A model generated the notes under the pieces. It ran no database searches, was not told the origin of the DNA, and was given only the letters and a program-made list of their open reading frames with translations. The position numbers and the translations under genes were made by a program. Below, piece by piece: positions 45,815 through 58,978 of a stretch of DNA of 64,000 nt. Numbering within the stretch: position 1 is the first letter of the stretch; every line of letters starts with the position of its first letter. This DNA comes from Eledone cirrhosa (lineage: Eukaryota). The stretch is from assembly GCA_964016885.1 (NCBI GenBank), contig OZ024746.1, forward strand, positions 36,518,001 through 36,582,000, in the 5' to 3' direction.

Positions 45815-47820
45815 TGGTTCTGAACGTACGTCTTTTTTGCTCGCTCTCGTAAGTTTATTCATTTACCTGTCAAAACTTATTTATTGAATTTGTTGTTGCT
45901 GTGTAAGGCATACAAGCCCTTGGACCTTGCCCTGTGAGAGGAAAAGTAATATATTTGGGCCTTTTGGTCCAAATATTTAAACTTTATTACATTTCAAAAA
46001 ATTATCAAGAAAAAAAACACATGGCTGAGCCCCGCGCTCCAGCAATATGTCTGCTGCCGTGCGACAACGACGTAAACGTTAAGAGGAGGCTACGGCAAAA
46101 TTAACAGAAGTTTATACAACAAACACCACCACAAACAACGTGAACAAAGACAGCAATGATAACAACACTGAGAACTTGATAACAATGACAGTAACAGCGA
46201 CAACCAAATACAGATAACAGAAAAAATGACTGCAAATGCAGCAACAATATCTACACCAGTAACATGAAAACAAATAGCGACAACACCAACAGCAACAATA
46301 CTAACTGCACCGAGAACAGCAGCGGCACCAAAGACAACAATGATAACAGCGACAGTGATAACAACAACAAAATCAACAAGAACAACTGCAACTACACCAT
46401 CAACGACAACAAGAAGAATGCTGTCGCTGTGGCAGCAGCCAAAAAGATGCCATGCTTCAACATGGACCTCTCAAACAAAGAAGAAATGTTGGCGCAGGCC
46501 TGGAAGCTCATCAAGCAAGAGCAGACCTGGGCCAAATTAACTGTCCCGGTAGAAGCTATTTAGACAGGGGGAAAACGAGGAAAGTTGTCAAATCCCCCCC
46601 CCCCTCCATACACACTTCAATAAAAACATAAACACAACACAGAGCCCTCATCTACCATTAGTGAAGGTGAGGGAAAACCAAAGTCCCCCAAAATACAAAT
46701 AAGGAAACACAAAAAGAAAAACAACTGAACAAAGCACAAAATCACACACAATAAAAAATGCAGACACCACCCACGCAAACATCTCCCTAATAACATCAAC
46801 ACCACTATCACCCTCACCAGAATCCCCCAAACGCAAACAACCGAAACAGACGCAAGAATAAATACACACACAAACTTCTGAAACCACAGACACCGCACTC
46901 ACAACAAACACAGACACAACCGAAATAACACCATCAAAACCATGACCACCATAGCCACGCAAACAAATAAAATCACACCAACGTAACATACGAAACATCG
47001 TGCTCGTCAGGAGGGCCAACAAGGACCTAATGGCCCTCGTACCACGAAGGGAAGATATACAAAAATAGGGGGACATTTTTAAATCGAGCACATTTCGCGT
47101 GCCGGAAGATTTGTCTCTGGTGCGAATGTCGCTCGATTTATACAAAGAGATACGATACAGCATTCCTCGGGACGTGGGAATCCCGAACGTAAAACCAACT
47201 TCAAGACATTATAAGGGGTTCCCAAAAGAAACCCCACCAACTATGGAGATGGAACCACCCGACCTTCACAAGAGCCCGGAAGGTAAGTAAACCTTGCCTC
47301 TCTCTCTTTTAGCCTGCCAACATGTCCTGGACCTCAGGTCTCTAGAAATGTATGTAATTGCCGTCAGCGAGACGAGGATTGCCGACACGCGCACACTATC
47401 CCCCATTTTCGACGACTATGAGATATTTGCATCTGTTATTCGGCCGGGAATGAAAGGTGGGGTGGCAGTGCTGTTTAGGAAAGACCTGTATCTCGAGGAA
47501 AGGTCGATCTTCCTGGACCCGGACGAGAAGTTGGTGGTCCTGGAAGTGAACAATAACGAAGGTGGTGCCTTTAGACTGATCGCCGTCTACGCCCCTACTG
47601 GTGGAGGACTGCCGGACTTCTTTAGACGCCTGGAAGGCTTTCTGGGTACGTTTCGCCCTTTACTGTTAGCGGGTGACTGGAACGCTATCTTAGACGCACG
47701 CTGGGACTGTGTGGGAGTATCCAATAGGAGTGTGTGTGGGGATGAGGTGGGGGGTGCAGCGCCTCAAGAACCTGATCAGCCAGTTCCAATTGTCTGACAG
47801 GTACCGACTAGATTTCCTTA
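45815..47820 (+). mobile_element. Tx1-like LINE copy 3, 5' part only (5'UTR, broken ORF1, APE start)
   Basis: ORF 47294-47797 (VSETRI...IFLDP..KLVVL..FRLIAVYAPTG..GDWN) is homologous to the copy 1 APE. An Asn/Thr-rich ORF1 remnant lies upstream. Confidence 0.82.
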
Positions 47821-47879
47821 AAGTAGAAACATATTATTATTATTATTTTTATTTTTTTCCATTTATCTTCCTTTATATT

Positions 47880-48370
47880 CATACGAGTTATCACCAAGCG
47901 ACATCCAGAAAGCGGCAGACCGCCCAGCATTACCTCAATGGCCAAGAAGACCCACACAGAAAAAGGAGCGGGGGGACCAGAGTTATGCGGACCCTGGAAT
48001 CCATGATGAATTGTAGACAAAGAATGCACATGCGGTGAGGACCAGTATAAAACTAACCCCGAAGGAACATATGTTCAAATTTAATGGCAAAACATGTGCC
48101 GGAGAGGAGGAGCAGCCAACCTCTTTACGGTATAGTGGGATAGCAGATTTAAGTAACAACTAGACGACCAATTCGTAACCCTGTCTATGTACACGTGCTA
48201 CGTAGATGACATAAATATCATAGTAAATACATCCCCACAGGAGAACGATCAGGAATTAGAGAAGAACAACAACGAAAGCATCCAGCATATAGCTAAATCC
48301 ATCCACCAGCGTATTAAAGTTAATATAGAATACACAAATAAACACCACCACCATAGAATACCCGTATAAG
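47880..48370 (+). mobile_element. Decayed Penelope-like RT fragment
   Basis: FKFNGK-like segment, then CYVDDINII...IKVNIEY...RIP. Confidence 0.55.
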
Positions 48371-48384
48371 ACACATAACTCTGT

Positions 48385-48842
48385 TTGGAAGTTATTAGTA
48401 ATATAACGCAAATCCTCCATGAGCTCTTCTGGTGCTATTATATTAAGTGCATAGGTAACAGTAACACAAGCAAGGAGAATGAATATCACAACATATGGGG
48501 AGTAGGATTTGGATGAATAAGGTCGGGAAAAGGGACAGAACACTGCTAAGGAATGTTTAATAGATATAATCTCTGTTATCCACGAAGAATATATCCGTGT
48601 AAGTAAAGAAATACAGACATAAAACAGCAATGAAATGTAAAGTTAACGCGTATATTAAACGAATAGTATATATATCTTAGTAAATTTATCCATATTGCAA
48701 TGGTATCCACATGTAGTCAACATAGCCATGGAGCGTTATTTGTCTGGAGCATTTCTTTCCTTCAAAACCATAACATTACATCTACATTTCCGATTGTTTC
48801 AAATATTAATAAAATGACAGATCCATATCCCACTGTTGAAAT
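48385..48842 (-). pseudogene. Truncated GPCR pseudogene (TM1-TM4), closest to paralogs 3 and 4
   Basis: STVGYGSVILLIFETIGN..F*RK..DTIAIWINLLR..SSWITEIISIKHSLAVFCPFSRPYSSK..PYVVIFI. Stops, a frameshift, loss of the ERL motif, and the 3' half is missing. Confidence 0.88.
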
Positions 48843-49084
48843 TTGCTAAATCGATCCTCATACATCTTTACATGTAAATTTTCGTTTTTTTTTTTATTTA
48901 TTCATTTTCTTTATTAACTCTATCTTCTATCGCTTATATGAATTAACACCACTTTATATCCATTTAACCGTATCTTTTAAGGATTGACTTCTAAACATCT
49001 TTAACTTCTCTGCTATTTTATATGATTAGTATTATACTCTTAGTAGTATATGAATTGTTCTCCTCAATCGAACTATATAATGGT

Positions 49085-49269
49085 CTCTTATATAGGCACA
49101 ATGCCAGCAATTAAATCCACCCAGTGCGTGACTTTATTTTATCAACCACGTAAGGATGAAGGTCAAAGTTAACCTCGGCGGGATTTGAACTCAGATCATA
49201 AGGGGCCGTAACTGTATGGTGCAGAGCATGGCGTCCGACCCTCCACCGATTCTGCCAACCCACCGCCCT
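49085..49269 (-). mobile_element. tRNA-derived SINE with a 17-bp target-site duplication
   Basis: Matches the family. aatcgaactatataatg at ~49066 and ~49270. Confidence 0.88.
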
Positions 49270-49843
49270 AATCGAACTATATAATGCCATAGGTTATGCG
49301 CCTTAAATAACTTACTTATATTACTTACATTTATATTGATCCTTTTCACTTTGACGGCTTGATTCTCTTATATATAACCCATAACACAACATTTTGGGAC
49401 GTATATGAAATCGTTATTATGGCTGAATTGTGTAGTGGAACTCATAATCTTGCAACTGTCTGTAATCCTAAGCTATGCAACACTTGATTCTAACCTTTTT
49501 AGAATGGTTAAATTCTTATGTTTTATTTTGGAATGCATGTCTCCTCTTTCTCCTATGACCAAACCTTATAGCTCAATTTTTCAACAACTATATAGGATGT
49601 CTTATCTATTCCCATTTTTCACATGTATTCCATCTCATTGCTTGGTTACCTTATATAAATATTGATGCTTGCTCTTATGTAACCTCTCATAATATGTATC
49701 CTCGAAATGTTCCAGAAGCAAAATTTTGGATCATACATTTGTAGTTGACTCCTCTAATAACTCTATATATTGCTGCCGTGTACGAAGACTAAACCGTCGG
49801 TAGTTATTAAATGTTTGAAAGAGTAAATAATCTTTGATTTGAT

Positions 49844-50026
<183 letters not shown>

Positions 50027-50501
50027 TTGGTAAACGGAATAGAAAATGCTGACAAATTGTTCACAGTTGAAAAATGGTTTAATTAGGAATAAAAGAGTAT
50101 TAGTGATTGTATGGGTTAGTATTCAGTTGTGGTTTTAAGTTTTTAAGTTTTTACCGGTTGCGCATTTCTATATGCTTTTCAAAAATAATTTTGAGATAGA
50201 GTGTCCGTACTGTTTGCTCTGATCTGATTAGTTTTGGGAATTCTACCTGTATTTATGTTAAAAAAGTGGCTCCAGCGTTACTTTGGTGTTGCAAAATTTC
50301 TTGTGGTCAAAACAATTTTGATTGGTCGGTAGAGGTCATGTGAGTGTAAAAAATTGATTTTGCGCCAAGACTGTTTTTATGTTAAAAAAGTGGCTCCAGC
50401 AACAATTCTTGTGGTCAAAACAATTTTGATTGGTCGATAGAGGTCACGTAAATAAAAAATTGGTTTTGCGCCAAGATTAAGAAATGACTCTTTCACAACA
50501 A

Positions 50502-50537
<36 letters not shown>

Positions 50538-50622
50538 GTGTGTGTGTGTGTAGTAGTAGTAGTAAGGTGTTCGATGTTGTGATAATGGTTAGCAGTGATG
50601 TGTGTCAAATGGCCATTGAGAT

Positions 50623-50661
<39 letters not shown>

Positions 50662-50804
50662 CAAAGAGACTTATACACACACACACACACACGCACTTCT
50701 CCGTATAAGACAAAAGCTGAAAAATATCTTTTGACATGCTAAAATACCCCCATTGCTTTCAAACATATTCTTACTGACCATCCCTGCCACCTCGAATTAC
50801 TCTG

Positions 50805-50853
<49 letters not shown>

Positions 50854-50923
50854 TATCTCAATAGCCATTTGACACACATCACTGCTAACCATTATCACAA
50901 CATCGAACACCTTACTACTACTA

Positions 50924-51004
<81 letters not shown>

Positions 51005-51480
51005 TTCGTTGTGAAAGAGTCATTTCCCAATCTTGGCGCAAAACCATTTTTTATTCACATGACCTCTACCGACCAATCAAAATTGTTTTGACAACAAGAA
51101 TTGTTGCTGAAGCCACTTTTTTAACATAAAAACAGTCTTGGCGCAAAATCAATTTTTTACACTCACATGACCTCTACCGACCAATCAAAATTGTTTTGAC
51201 CACAAGAAATTTTGCAACACCAAAGTAACGCTGGAGCCACTTTTTTTACATAAAAACAGGTAGAGTTCATAAAAACTAATCAGATCAGAGCAAACAGCAC
51301 GGACACTCTATCTCAAAATTATTTTTGAAAAGCATATAGAAATGCGCAACCGGTAAAAACTTAAAAACTTAAAACCACAACTGAATACTAACCCATACAA
51401 TCACTAATACTCTTTTATTCCTAATTAAACCATTTTTCAACTGTGAACAATTTGTCAGCATTTTCTATTCCGTTTACCAA
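50027..51480. mobile_element. Fold-back / MITE-like non-autonomous element with ~650-bp inverted arms
   Basis: Ends are ttggtaaacggaatagaaaatgctgacaaattg... and ...caatttgtcagcattttctattccgtttaccaa. Arms are nearly identical, the spacer is short (~50660-50805), flanks are TA-rich and there is no coding capacity. Confidence 0.88.
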
Positions 51481-51529
51481 TATATAATAACTTGTGTGTT
51501 ACACCTCTATTCTTTTAACTATATATATA

Positions 51530-51716
51530 TAATTGTTTCTACTTTTGGCACAATCCAGCAATTATCCCAGTGGATTACTCGTAATTTATTTGATCGACCC
51601 GTAAGGATGAAATGCAAAGTTAACATCGACGGGATTTCAAATCATGTCATAAACCGGCATATCTTTACGCTGCAAATCATAGGATCCAACCCTCCACCGA
51701 TACTGCCAATCCACCA
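51530..51716 (-). mobile_element. tRNA-derived SINE, diverged copy
   Basis: Matches the family (aattgtttctact...cgtaaggatgaaa...ccctccaccgatactgccaatccacc). Confidence 0.8.
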
Positions 51717-52097
51717 ATATATATATAATGATTATAGTAATAAACGAAAAATATATACTTTATATTATCTCTATTTATTTCATAATATATATTTTGAAAA
51801 TGTAAAGTTTTATGTATAATATAAATCTAAACATGCCCTCCTCAGACAAAATATATAGAATATGTTGGTAGGCTAACGAACTGGACAGGTCGGAGACCAC
51901 CAGGAATATGACTAGAAAGATCTCAGCACATATCGGTGTACGCGATTGGGAGGAAACATTACAGTTGTTTTAAAGGATTCATAAATTATTTAAAATCTAG
52001 TGTAATTAGATTGGTAAACAAAAAACAAAACAAATATAGACCGTTATTCAGTCTTAATTTCGCTTTTAATCATTATATATAGGTATTAAGTCAAAAG

Positions 52098-52132
<35 letters not shown>

Positions 52133-52355
52133 TTGTATGTGTGCGAGAGTATGTGTGCGCGGGTGTGTGTGTGCGCTCTCGTGTGTGTGTGCGCGCGTGT
52201 GTGTGTGTGCGCGTGTGTGTCCGTGTGTGTGTTTGTATGTGCATGTTTGTGTGTATATGTAGATATGTAGATGTAACAACAATGAACACTAGAAATAAAT
52301 CAACCAATACTTACTTATTTCGGAAATGCGTGTCAACGATTTGATTTTTCACTCA

Positions 52356-53231
52356 CTATTCCAGTGCATATATATTGCTTCTCCCGCTTAAATTGCCTTT
52401 GCAACATATACGTTGGAATTTCTTGCGAAATGTTTTACTCACAACAAAATATAAAATGAAATTGAAACAGTTATTTACACAAGATAACATAGACAACAAA
52501 AAGAATGTTGTGAGGGAATTGTGTAAAATGTCGACTTCTACATAGATGAAAATAGAAAAGGGTAATGTTGTCAGCAAAAATATAGCATTAATAGTGATTA
52601 CAATGTACATAATATTTCTAGACTGCCGTATAGCTTGGTGTTGGAAATGATGGCCGAGATCGGGTCGTTGATGTAATTTGTATATCATAGAGAAAGAACT
52701 GCAAATTAAGATAGAAGCTGGTATGAATGAATAAATTATTAATATTCTATGGAATCTTTCGCGGATATCTTGTGATGATATTATATTCAGTGCATAGGTT
52801 ATAGAAAGAGAGACAAGCATAATGAATATCACAACATATGGTGTGTAGGTTTTGGTTGAATAACGATGGGTAAAGGGACGGAAAACTGCTAATAAACGTT
52901 CAATAGATATGATGACTGTTACCCAGGAGGAATATATAAGTGTAACGAAACAAATGTAGCCATAAACATAAGTAAAAATAAAGTCCACGCGTAACTTAAA
53001 TGAGTAACATATACATCTTAGTAAATTCACCCATATTGCAATGGTATCCATAATAAGTAGACAAGACAAATATGGAGCGATATTTGTCTGGCGCATGTTT
53101 TTCCTGCAAAATAATATCATTACAGCTATATTTCCGATTGTTCCAAACATTAATAAAATCACAGATCCATATCCCACAGTACTAATGAGGCCAATGTTTG
53201 TATTATTATTAATGAAGATAATGTTATCCAT
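52356..53231 (-). CDS. Class A 7TM GPCR with single-exon CDS, paralog 3 (291 aa)
   Basis: GTIGN, SSWVTVIISIERL, YSFIP, HQRPDLG, FLLTTLP, NNCFNFILY, SKTFRK. Intact ORF. Confidence 0.93.
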   Translation of the reverse strand: MDNIIFINNNTNIGLISTVGYGSVILLMFGTIGNIAVMILFCRKNMRQTNIAPYLSCLLIMDTIAIWVNLLRCICYSFKLRVDFIFTYVYGYICFVTLIYSSWVTVIISIERLLAVFRPFTHRYSTKTYTPYVVIFIMLVSLSITYALNIISSQDIRERFHRILIIYSFIPASILICSSFSMIYKLHQRPDLGHHFQHQAIRQSRNIMYIVITINAIFLLTTLPFSIFIYVEVDILHNSLTTFFLLSMLSCVNNCFNFILYFVVSKTFRKKFQRICCKGNLSGRSNIYALE

Positions 53232-53288
53232 TGCTTAATTTTGTACAGAATATAACGGATCATTCACGGCTATAGATTATATATTTAA

Positions 53289-53772
53289 CTGAATCTCGAA
53301 AGAAGAAAATGATTGTTTGAATCTTATTCGTAAGATATCCCCGTTGCTTTTTTTTATAGCGGAGCTAGACTTATCTTTAGAAAGTGTTCTGTCACGTTTC
53401 TTTTTCATTTATTCAAATGTAATCATGCGGTTTCACTAATTGCCGTCAAATAACTTTCAATACATTAATTTCGTAGCTTTCTATTATGTTATTTTTTTTC
53501 AGTCCAAGAAAATGAGAGATAATCCTTTAAAATAGTAAAAACATAAAAATTATTGTTTTTTATCTTCCGATGCGCATTATTTCTTCTTCATATTATGTGT
53601 AAAACAAAAACGACACGAGGGAAACTGTGACTTGACAAACTAGCTCGATATTAATGATATAGATGGTTACATTACCATTAGAGCTGCTGATATTGATGAT
53701 AACGAAGGTGTCATTGATGTTCATAAGCAATGATTTGAATAAACAACGTCAATCGATATAGCATTATCTTAC
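53289..53772 (-). other. Putative 5'UTR intron of paralog 3 (equivalent in paralog 4 at ~55712-56231)
   Basis: Conserved donor CAG/GTAAGA and acceptor gagattcag/ttaaa about 57 nt upstream of the ATG in both paralogs. Confidence 0.5.
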
Positions 53773-53777
53773 CTGAT

Positions 53778-53970
53778 GGACGGTGGATTAGCAGTATCGG
53801 TAGAGCGTCGGACGCCATGCTTTGACGTACAGAGTTACGGCCCTTTCCATTCTGAGTTCAAATCCCGCCGACGTTAACTTTGCCTTTCATCCTTACGGTG
53901 TTGATAAAATAAAGTACCAGGAATGCACTGGCTAATTGCTGGCTTTGTGCCAACAGTAGAAACAATTATC
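53778..53970 (+). mobile_element. tRNA-derived SINE upstream of GPCR paralog 3
   Basis: Full family match with B box gagttcaaatccc. Confidence 0.9.
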
Positions 53971-54775
53971 ATACCAATTATCATAGAATTTTATATTTCA
54001 TATACATTTCTATTTACGCCATTCATGTAGAGCTGAGAACTTCGCATGTTCATATTCATTAAGAGAGATGGCGCAGTTTTACCTGTAATAGTACAGAATT
54101 AAAAATTGATAAAGAGATACACAACCACACGAGGTTGGGAAAAAGGCGACTAATTAAGTGTTCCAGCTAATTTGGACGTAGTGGGATTTTAACTCAAAAC
54201 ACAAAGAATTGTGAAACAGATAGATGGAGCATACAACGTTTCTTCTAAGCAGGCGTTTTGATATATATTAACAAAACATTAATATGTAATTTAAGATGTA
54301 CGAAACATAACAGTATTATGTCGTTCAAATAGAGTAACCCTCTGTGGCATATTTATTTTGAAACACCTCTTTCAAAATCTATATTTATTGCCAAAGTTGT
54401 CCTTTATATTTCGTATGTAACAAATTATATATCCAGCAAAAGATGTATGCTTTAATCCGCATGCAATAATAGGGCACACACACACATATATATTACTGTG
54501 AGTGTGTAAATAAAAAAATATATATATATGTGTTTGTGTGTGTGTGTGAGTGTGTGTGTGTGTGTATGTGAGAGAGTGTGTGTGTGCGTGCCTGTGTGTC
54601 TGAGTGGGTATGAGTGTGTGTGTGTATACATGCATGTTTGTGTGTACGCTTTTTATATCTATATGTACATATGTAGAAGTATCTAAAATTAACAGTAGAT
54701 ATTAATGAGCCTACAATAAATTTATTTCGGAAATGCATGTCAAAGTATTTAAAGGTGTTCTTTTTTTTTTACTCA

Positions 54776-55654
54776 CTAATGCAATGTATATATAGTGCCT
54801 CTATTCCTTAAATTGTATTTGCAACACATCGCTTTGAATTTTTCGCGAAATGTTTTACTCACAACAAAATATAAAATGACATTTAAGCAATTGTTTATAC
54901 AACCTAACATAGACAAAAAATATAACGTGATGAGTGGAACGTGTACATTTATGTCTGCCAATATATAGCTATAAATAGAACACGGGAATGTTGTCAGAAA
55001 AAATGTGACATTAATAGCGATTACAATGTACATAATACTCCTAGACTGTCGTACAGCTTGGTGTCGAAAATGATGTCCTAGATCGGGTCGTTGGTGTAAT
55101 TTGTAAATCATGGCGAAAGAACTGCAAATTAAGATAGTTGCAGGTATAAATGAATATATTAATACTAAATTATTGATTCTGTCCATGGTATCTTCCGATA
55201 ATATTATAATTAGGGCATAACATACAGCAACAGATACAATCATAATGAATATCACAACATAAGGTGTGTAGGTTTTGGATGAATAACGGCGTGAAAAGGG
55301 ACAGAAAACTGCTAATAAACGTTCAATAGAAATGATGACTGTTATCCACGACGAATATATATTTGTAAGTAAACAAATGTAGCCATAAATGTAAGTATCA
55401 AATATTGCCACATATATCCTAAAAGAAAAGCATAAAGTTCGTAGTAAATTCATCCATATTGCAATGGTATCGATAATAAGTAGACAATACAGATACGGAG
55501 CAATATTTGACTGGCGCTTTTCTTTCCTGCAAAATAATACCATTACAGTTATATTTCCGATTGTTCCAAACATTAATAACATCACAGATCCATATCCTAC
55601 AGTACTGAGGAAAATAATGTTTGTATTATTATAGTTGAAGCTGAATTCATCCAT
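54776..55654 (-). CDS. Class A 7TM GPCR with single-exon CDS, paralog 4 (292 aa), tandem duplicate of paralog 3
   Basis: GTIGN, SSWITVIISIERL, YSFIP, HQRPDLG, FFLTTFP, NNCLNVILY, SKTFRE. Flanks are homologous to those of paralog 3. Confidence 0.93.
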   Translation of the reverse strand: MDEFSFNYNNTNIIFLSTVGYGSVMLLMFGTIGNITVMVLFCRKEKRQSNIAPYLYCLLIIDTIAIWMNLLRTLCFSFRIYVAIFDTYIYGYICLLTNIYSSWITVIISIERLLAVFCPFSRRYSSKTYTPYVVIFIMIVSVAVCYALIIILSEDTMDRINNLVLIYSFIPATILICSSFAMIYKLHQRPDLGHHFRHQAVRQSRSIMYIVIAINVTFFLTTFPCSIYSYILADINVHVPLITLYFLSMLGCINNCLNVILYFVVSKTFREKFKAMCCKYNLRNRGTIYTLH

Positions 55655-58370
55655 CGTTTATATATGTACAATATATCACGTATAATTCACGTCTATAGAT
55701 GATAAATTTAACTGAATCTCGATAGATTATTTTTGTGCTAAACTTATTAGTTTCAGGGCTACTGGTAAGATATCCACTTTGATATTTCATGTATAGTGGT
55801 GATGTAATTAATGTTGAGGAAGTGTTTCCTCACGTTTCATGTTCATTATTCAAATATGATCAGGTGATTTTACTAATTTCATTTAAATAACCGCCAATAC
55901 ATTGATAACTAATGTTTATGTATTGTGTTATTGTTTCGAGCTATGAAAATGAAAACCAATCTCTTGTAACGTTAATAATTATTATTTTTCATTACGCATT
56001 AGTTATTCTTCTCATGATTTCTAATGCAACACCGACTCGAGGCAACTCATGACTTGTAGAACTAGCTCTATATGAATGATATAATATCAACAGATTAGTA
56101 GCATTATCGAAGGTTTCATTACCATTAGAGCGGCTGCTAATGACGAAACTGCGAATGATGATGATGTTGTCATTGGTGTTTTTAAGCATTGATTTGAATT
56201 AACAATATCAATCACTGTTGCATTATCTTACCTGATATACAACATTTACCGTAGTAGTTTGACGTTTGTTAAATAGCTTTCCAAATATTAGATTGAATAA
56301 ATGTTTACATAATCTAGAACGCCTAAAAGGTATGTTAGACAATTTCATATTTTGTTGATGTTCTTGGTGTCGTATATATTGCAGTCTTTGAGGTTGTTAA
56401 TATCAGTTTTTTTTCTGGCCCTGCCTTGTTGTTGCTGTTCTTCTTCCCTTCCGCTTCATCTAACTTGGTGTTTATTTTCTATTTGAGTGATATACCCTTA
56501 CTTAAGGGTAGATCGTATGAACTCAGTACCTTCAATACTTATCAGAATCGTCTAATGTTAATGTATTATCATCGATTGTAGTTCGGCATCAGAGCAAATA
56601 CATGTCTACTGATTTGAAGCCCTAAAGCTTTTTTAATTGGTAAATGGATTTCAAATCCTTAACCAAATATAATAATGGCATATGTTCATTGCATTTCGCT
56701 TATACCGGCGTGAGTACTTACCGAGTGAGCAAAGAGAACAAATAAAATGCATGACTGATGCTAATTCATCATGTTCGAAATATTATCGGGAAAACTCTTT
56801 ATTTACACCTGAATATATATATATTGGTTGGCTCAATAACCAGATCAGTGTTTATATAGTGCCAAAGCGCTTTCGTCACAAATTATGTGACCTCCTCAGT
56901 AACTGATTTCTTATTTCGTGTGCCTACTTTGTTCTGCCCTACAGTATCTTCTTTTTGTGCGTTTTCAATATATAACCATTAAATAAACAACCATCCGGTT
57001 ATTGAAACAACTAACCGGAAATTTATAATAAATTGAAGTAAAAACCAATAGTTCCGTGTGTTTTAGTTGGCAGCATGACACTCCCAAATATAAATATAAA
57101 GTTTGCATTTGTTAGAAAAACAAGTGTATATGGTAGATAGGTTTGCACATGCATTTAAAATATATATAATCATTTGTCACTCAACATGTGCTTACAGATA
57201 TTAAATGTGTCTTAAAAGTCATTATTGCCAACTGTTTATCAAATAGAGCTGTGTGTAATATGGTATTATATCGTTTGTCATAAACACAACTACTGTTAAG
57301 ATTTATATAATCATTTACGTTGTTGAAAAGCAAGCGATGTTTATCTATATGCAACATGGCTTCCATTCTTTTCTAACCTATGTCCACTCAGACAGAAGGC
57401 GCTATAAATCACTAATATTCGTATCACTGGCAATTAAAACTTTTACCCATCAGACAATTTGTTTCAGACTTGACGAAAGTCTATAAATCTGTAATGCTTG
57501 TGAATTGTCATGTTAAGTAGTTCCAAGATGTCCAAGCATTGCCGATAATATTTCTATCAAGTTGTATATCATCATTGTATAGACTGTCATTGGTCTTTTT
57601 CTTCGTTCTACCAGCCCAGATTTAATGTTTGGTAGCACCCGTCATCCCCCAGCAAAAGAAAACAAAGAATATTTGTTTTACCACCTTGATGCTTGAGGTA
57701 CAGATTATTTTATTTAGATATACTAATGGTTATGATGTAGATGGATGTTATCGTTACCCCAAGGAGATGTGCATGTTCTTATGGCGAGTACGAAAATGAA
57801 TTAAATTATATTACTCTCTCCAGACATAGACTGAAACAGTTAAGATGTTGGAAGTAGGCTTCAGGCTTTCAACTCTTTATACTGAAGCCAGTAGTCTGTT
57901 TCAAGCGATATATAATTGGGACACTATAATACATAATTATAGGTACGTCCATTATGAAACACGGACGAAAGTACTAGATGATCCTCCCCTTCATAAGTGC
58001 GCTTATTTATAACATAAACGTTGTTCCGTTTCCTTACTATTTTTTAATAACCGAAATTCAGAGAAAGCTGTTGAAAATCTACATATTTGCTTGTAGAAAA
58101 TGAAGGAAAACCTAAAAACGTAAATCAGTGCCTAAATCCATTCTCATCATAATTGCATCAGAACGAGTTCAATGTTTCATAAATTCGAGCGAAATTTCCA
58201 GAAATTGCAAGAAGAATGATAATAAATCGTTTCAACTTGAAATCGGCAAAACAAGGGTTTACTGGCCCGCCCCAACAAGTCATATAATTCCACAATTTCA
58301 TTGAAACGTTATATAATTAAAGTCTAGAAAAATACTCACACCACAATTCTTCATTACTTTCCTTTATGCA

Positions 58371-58482
<112 letters not shown>

Positions 58483-58648
58483 CAGAGATGGAAGGGAGAG
58501 AGAGTGAGATATTGGTATATGATCGTGAAAAATATGGAAGTTATATCCACCATTAGTAGCAACCTCTGTCGAAAGGGCGAGTTTAGTTTAGAATTATTTT
58601 CACTATTATAAAGTAGTAATTCACTAATGAATCATCATTTTATAATTT

Positions 58649-58695
<47 letters not shown>

Positions 58696-58696
58696 A

Positions 58697-58978
58697 CAAT
58701 ATATTAAATCACGAAAATATATTTATAAAACCATATTTTTTTATTATACGTATTTCAAGGGCCATCAAGGCAAATTATGGTGCGCTTTCATTAGATAAAA
58801 TACAGATTTGTTTTATAAATAAATATTGACATACCCGGGTATGTTAATATTTATTTATAAAACAGATCTGTATTTTATCTAATGAAAGCGCACCATAATT
58901 TGCCTTGATGGCCTTTGAAATACGTATAATAAAAAAATATGATTTTATAAATATAGTTTCCATTTATTAATATATTGT
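58697..58978. repeat. Spacer-less palindrome with ~140-bp arms
   Basis: Centred on catacccgggtatg (cccggg at 58834-58839). Arms are nearly perfect reverse complements. Confidence 0.92.

Noticed and set aside
57440-57495. Hammerhead-like string on the minus strand (agact/agtct-GAAAC-AAATT-GTC); a similar one occurs at ~30280-30322
   Set aside because: The CUGANGA core or stem I is missing, so it is too degenerate to call.
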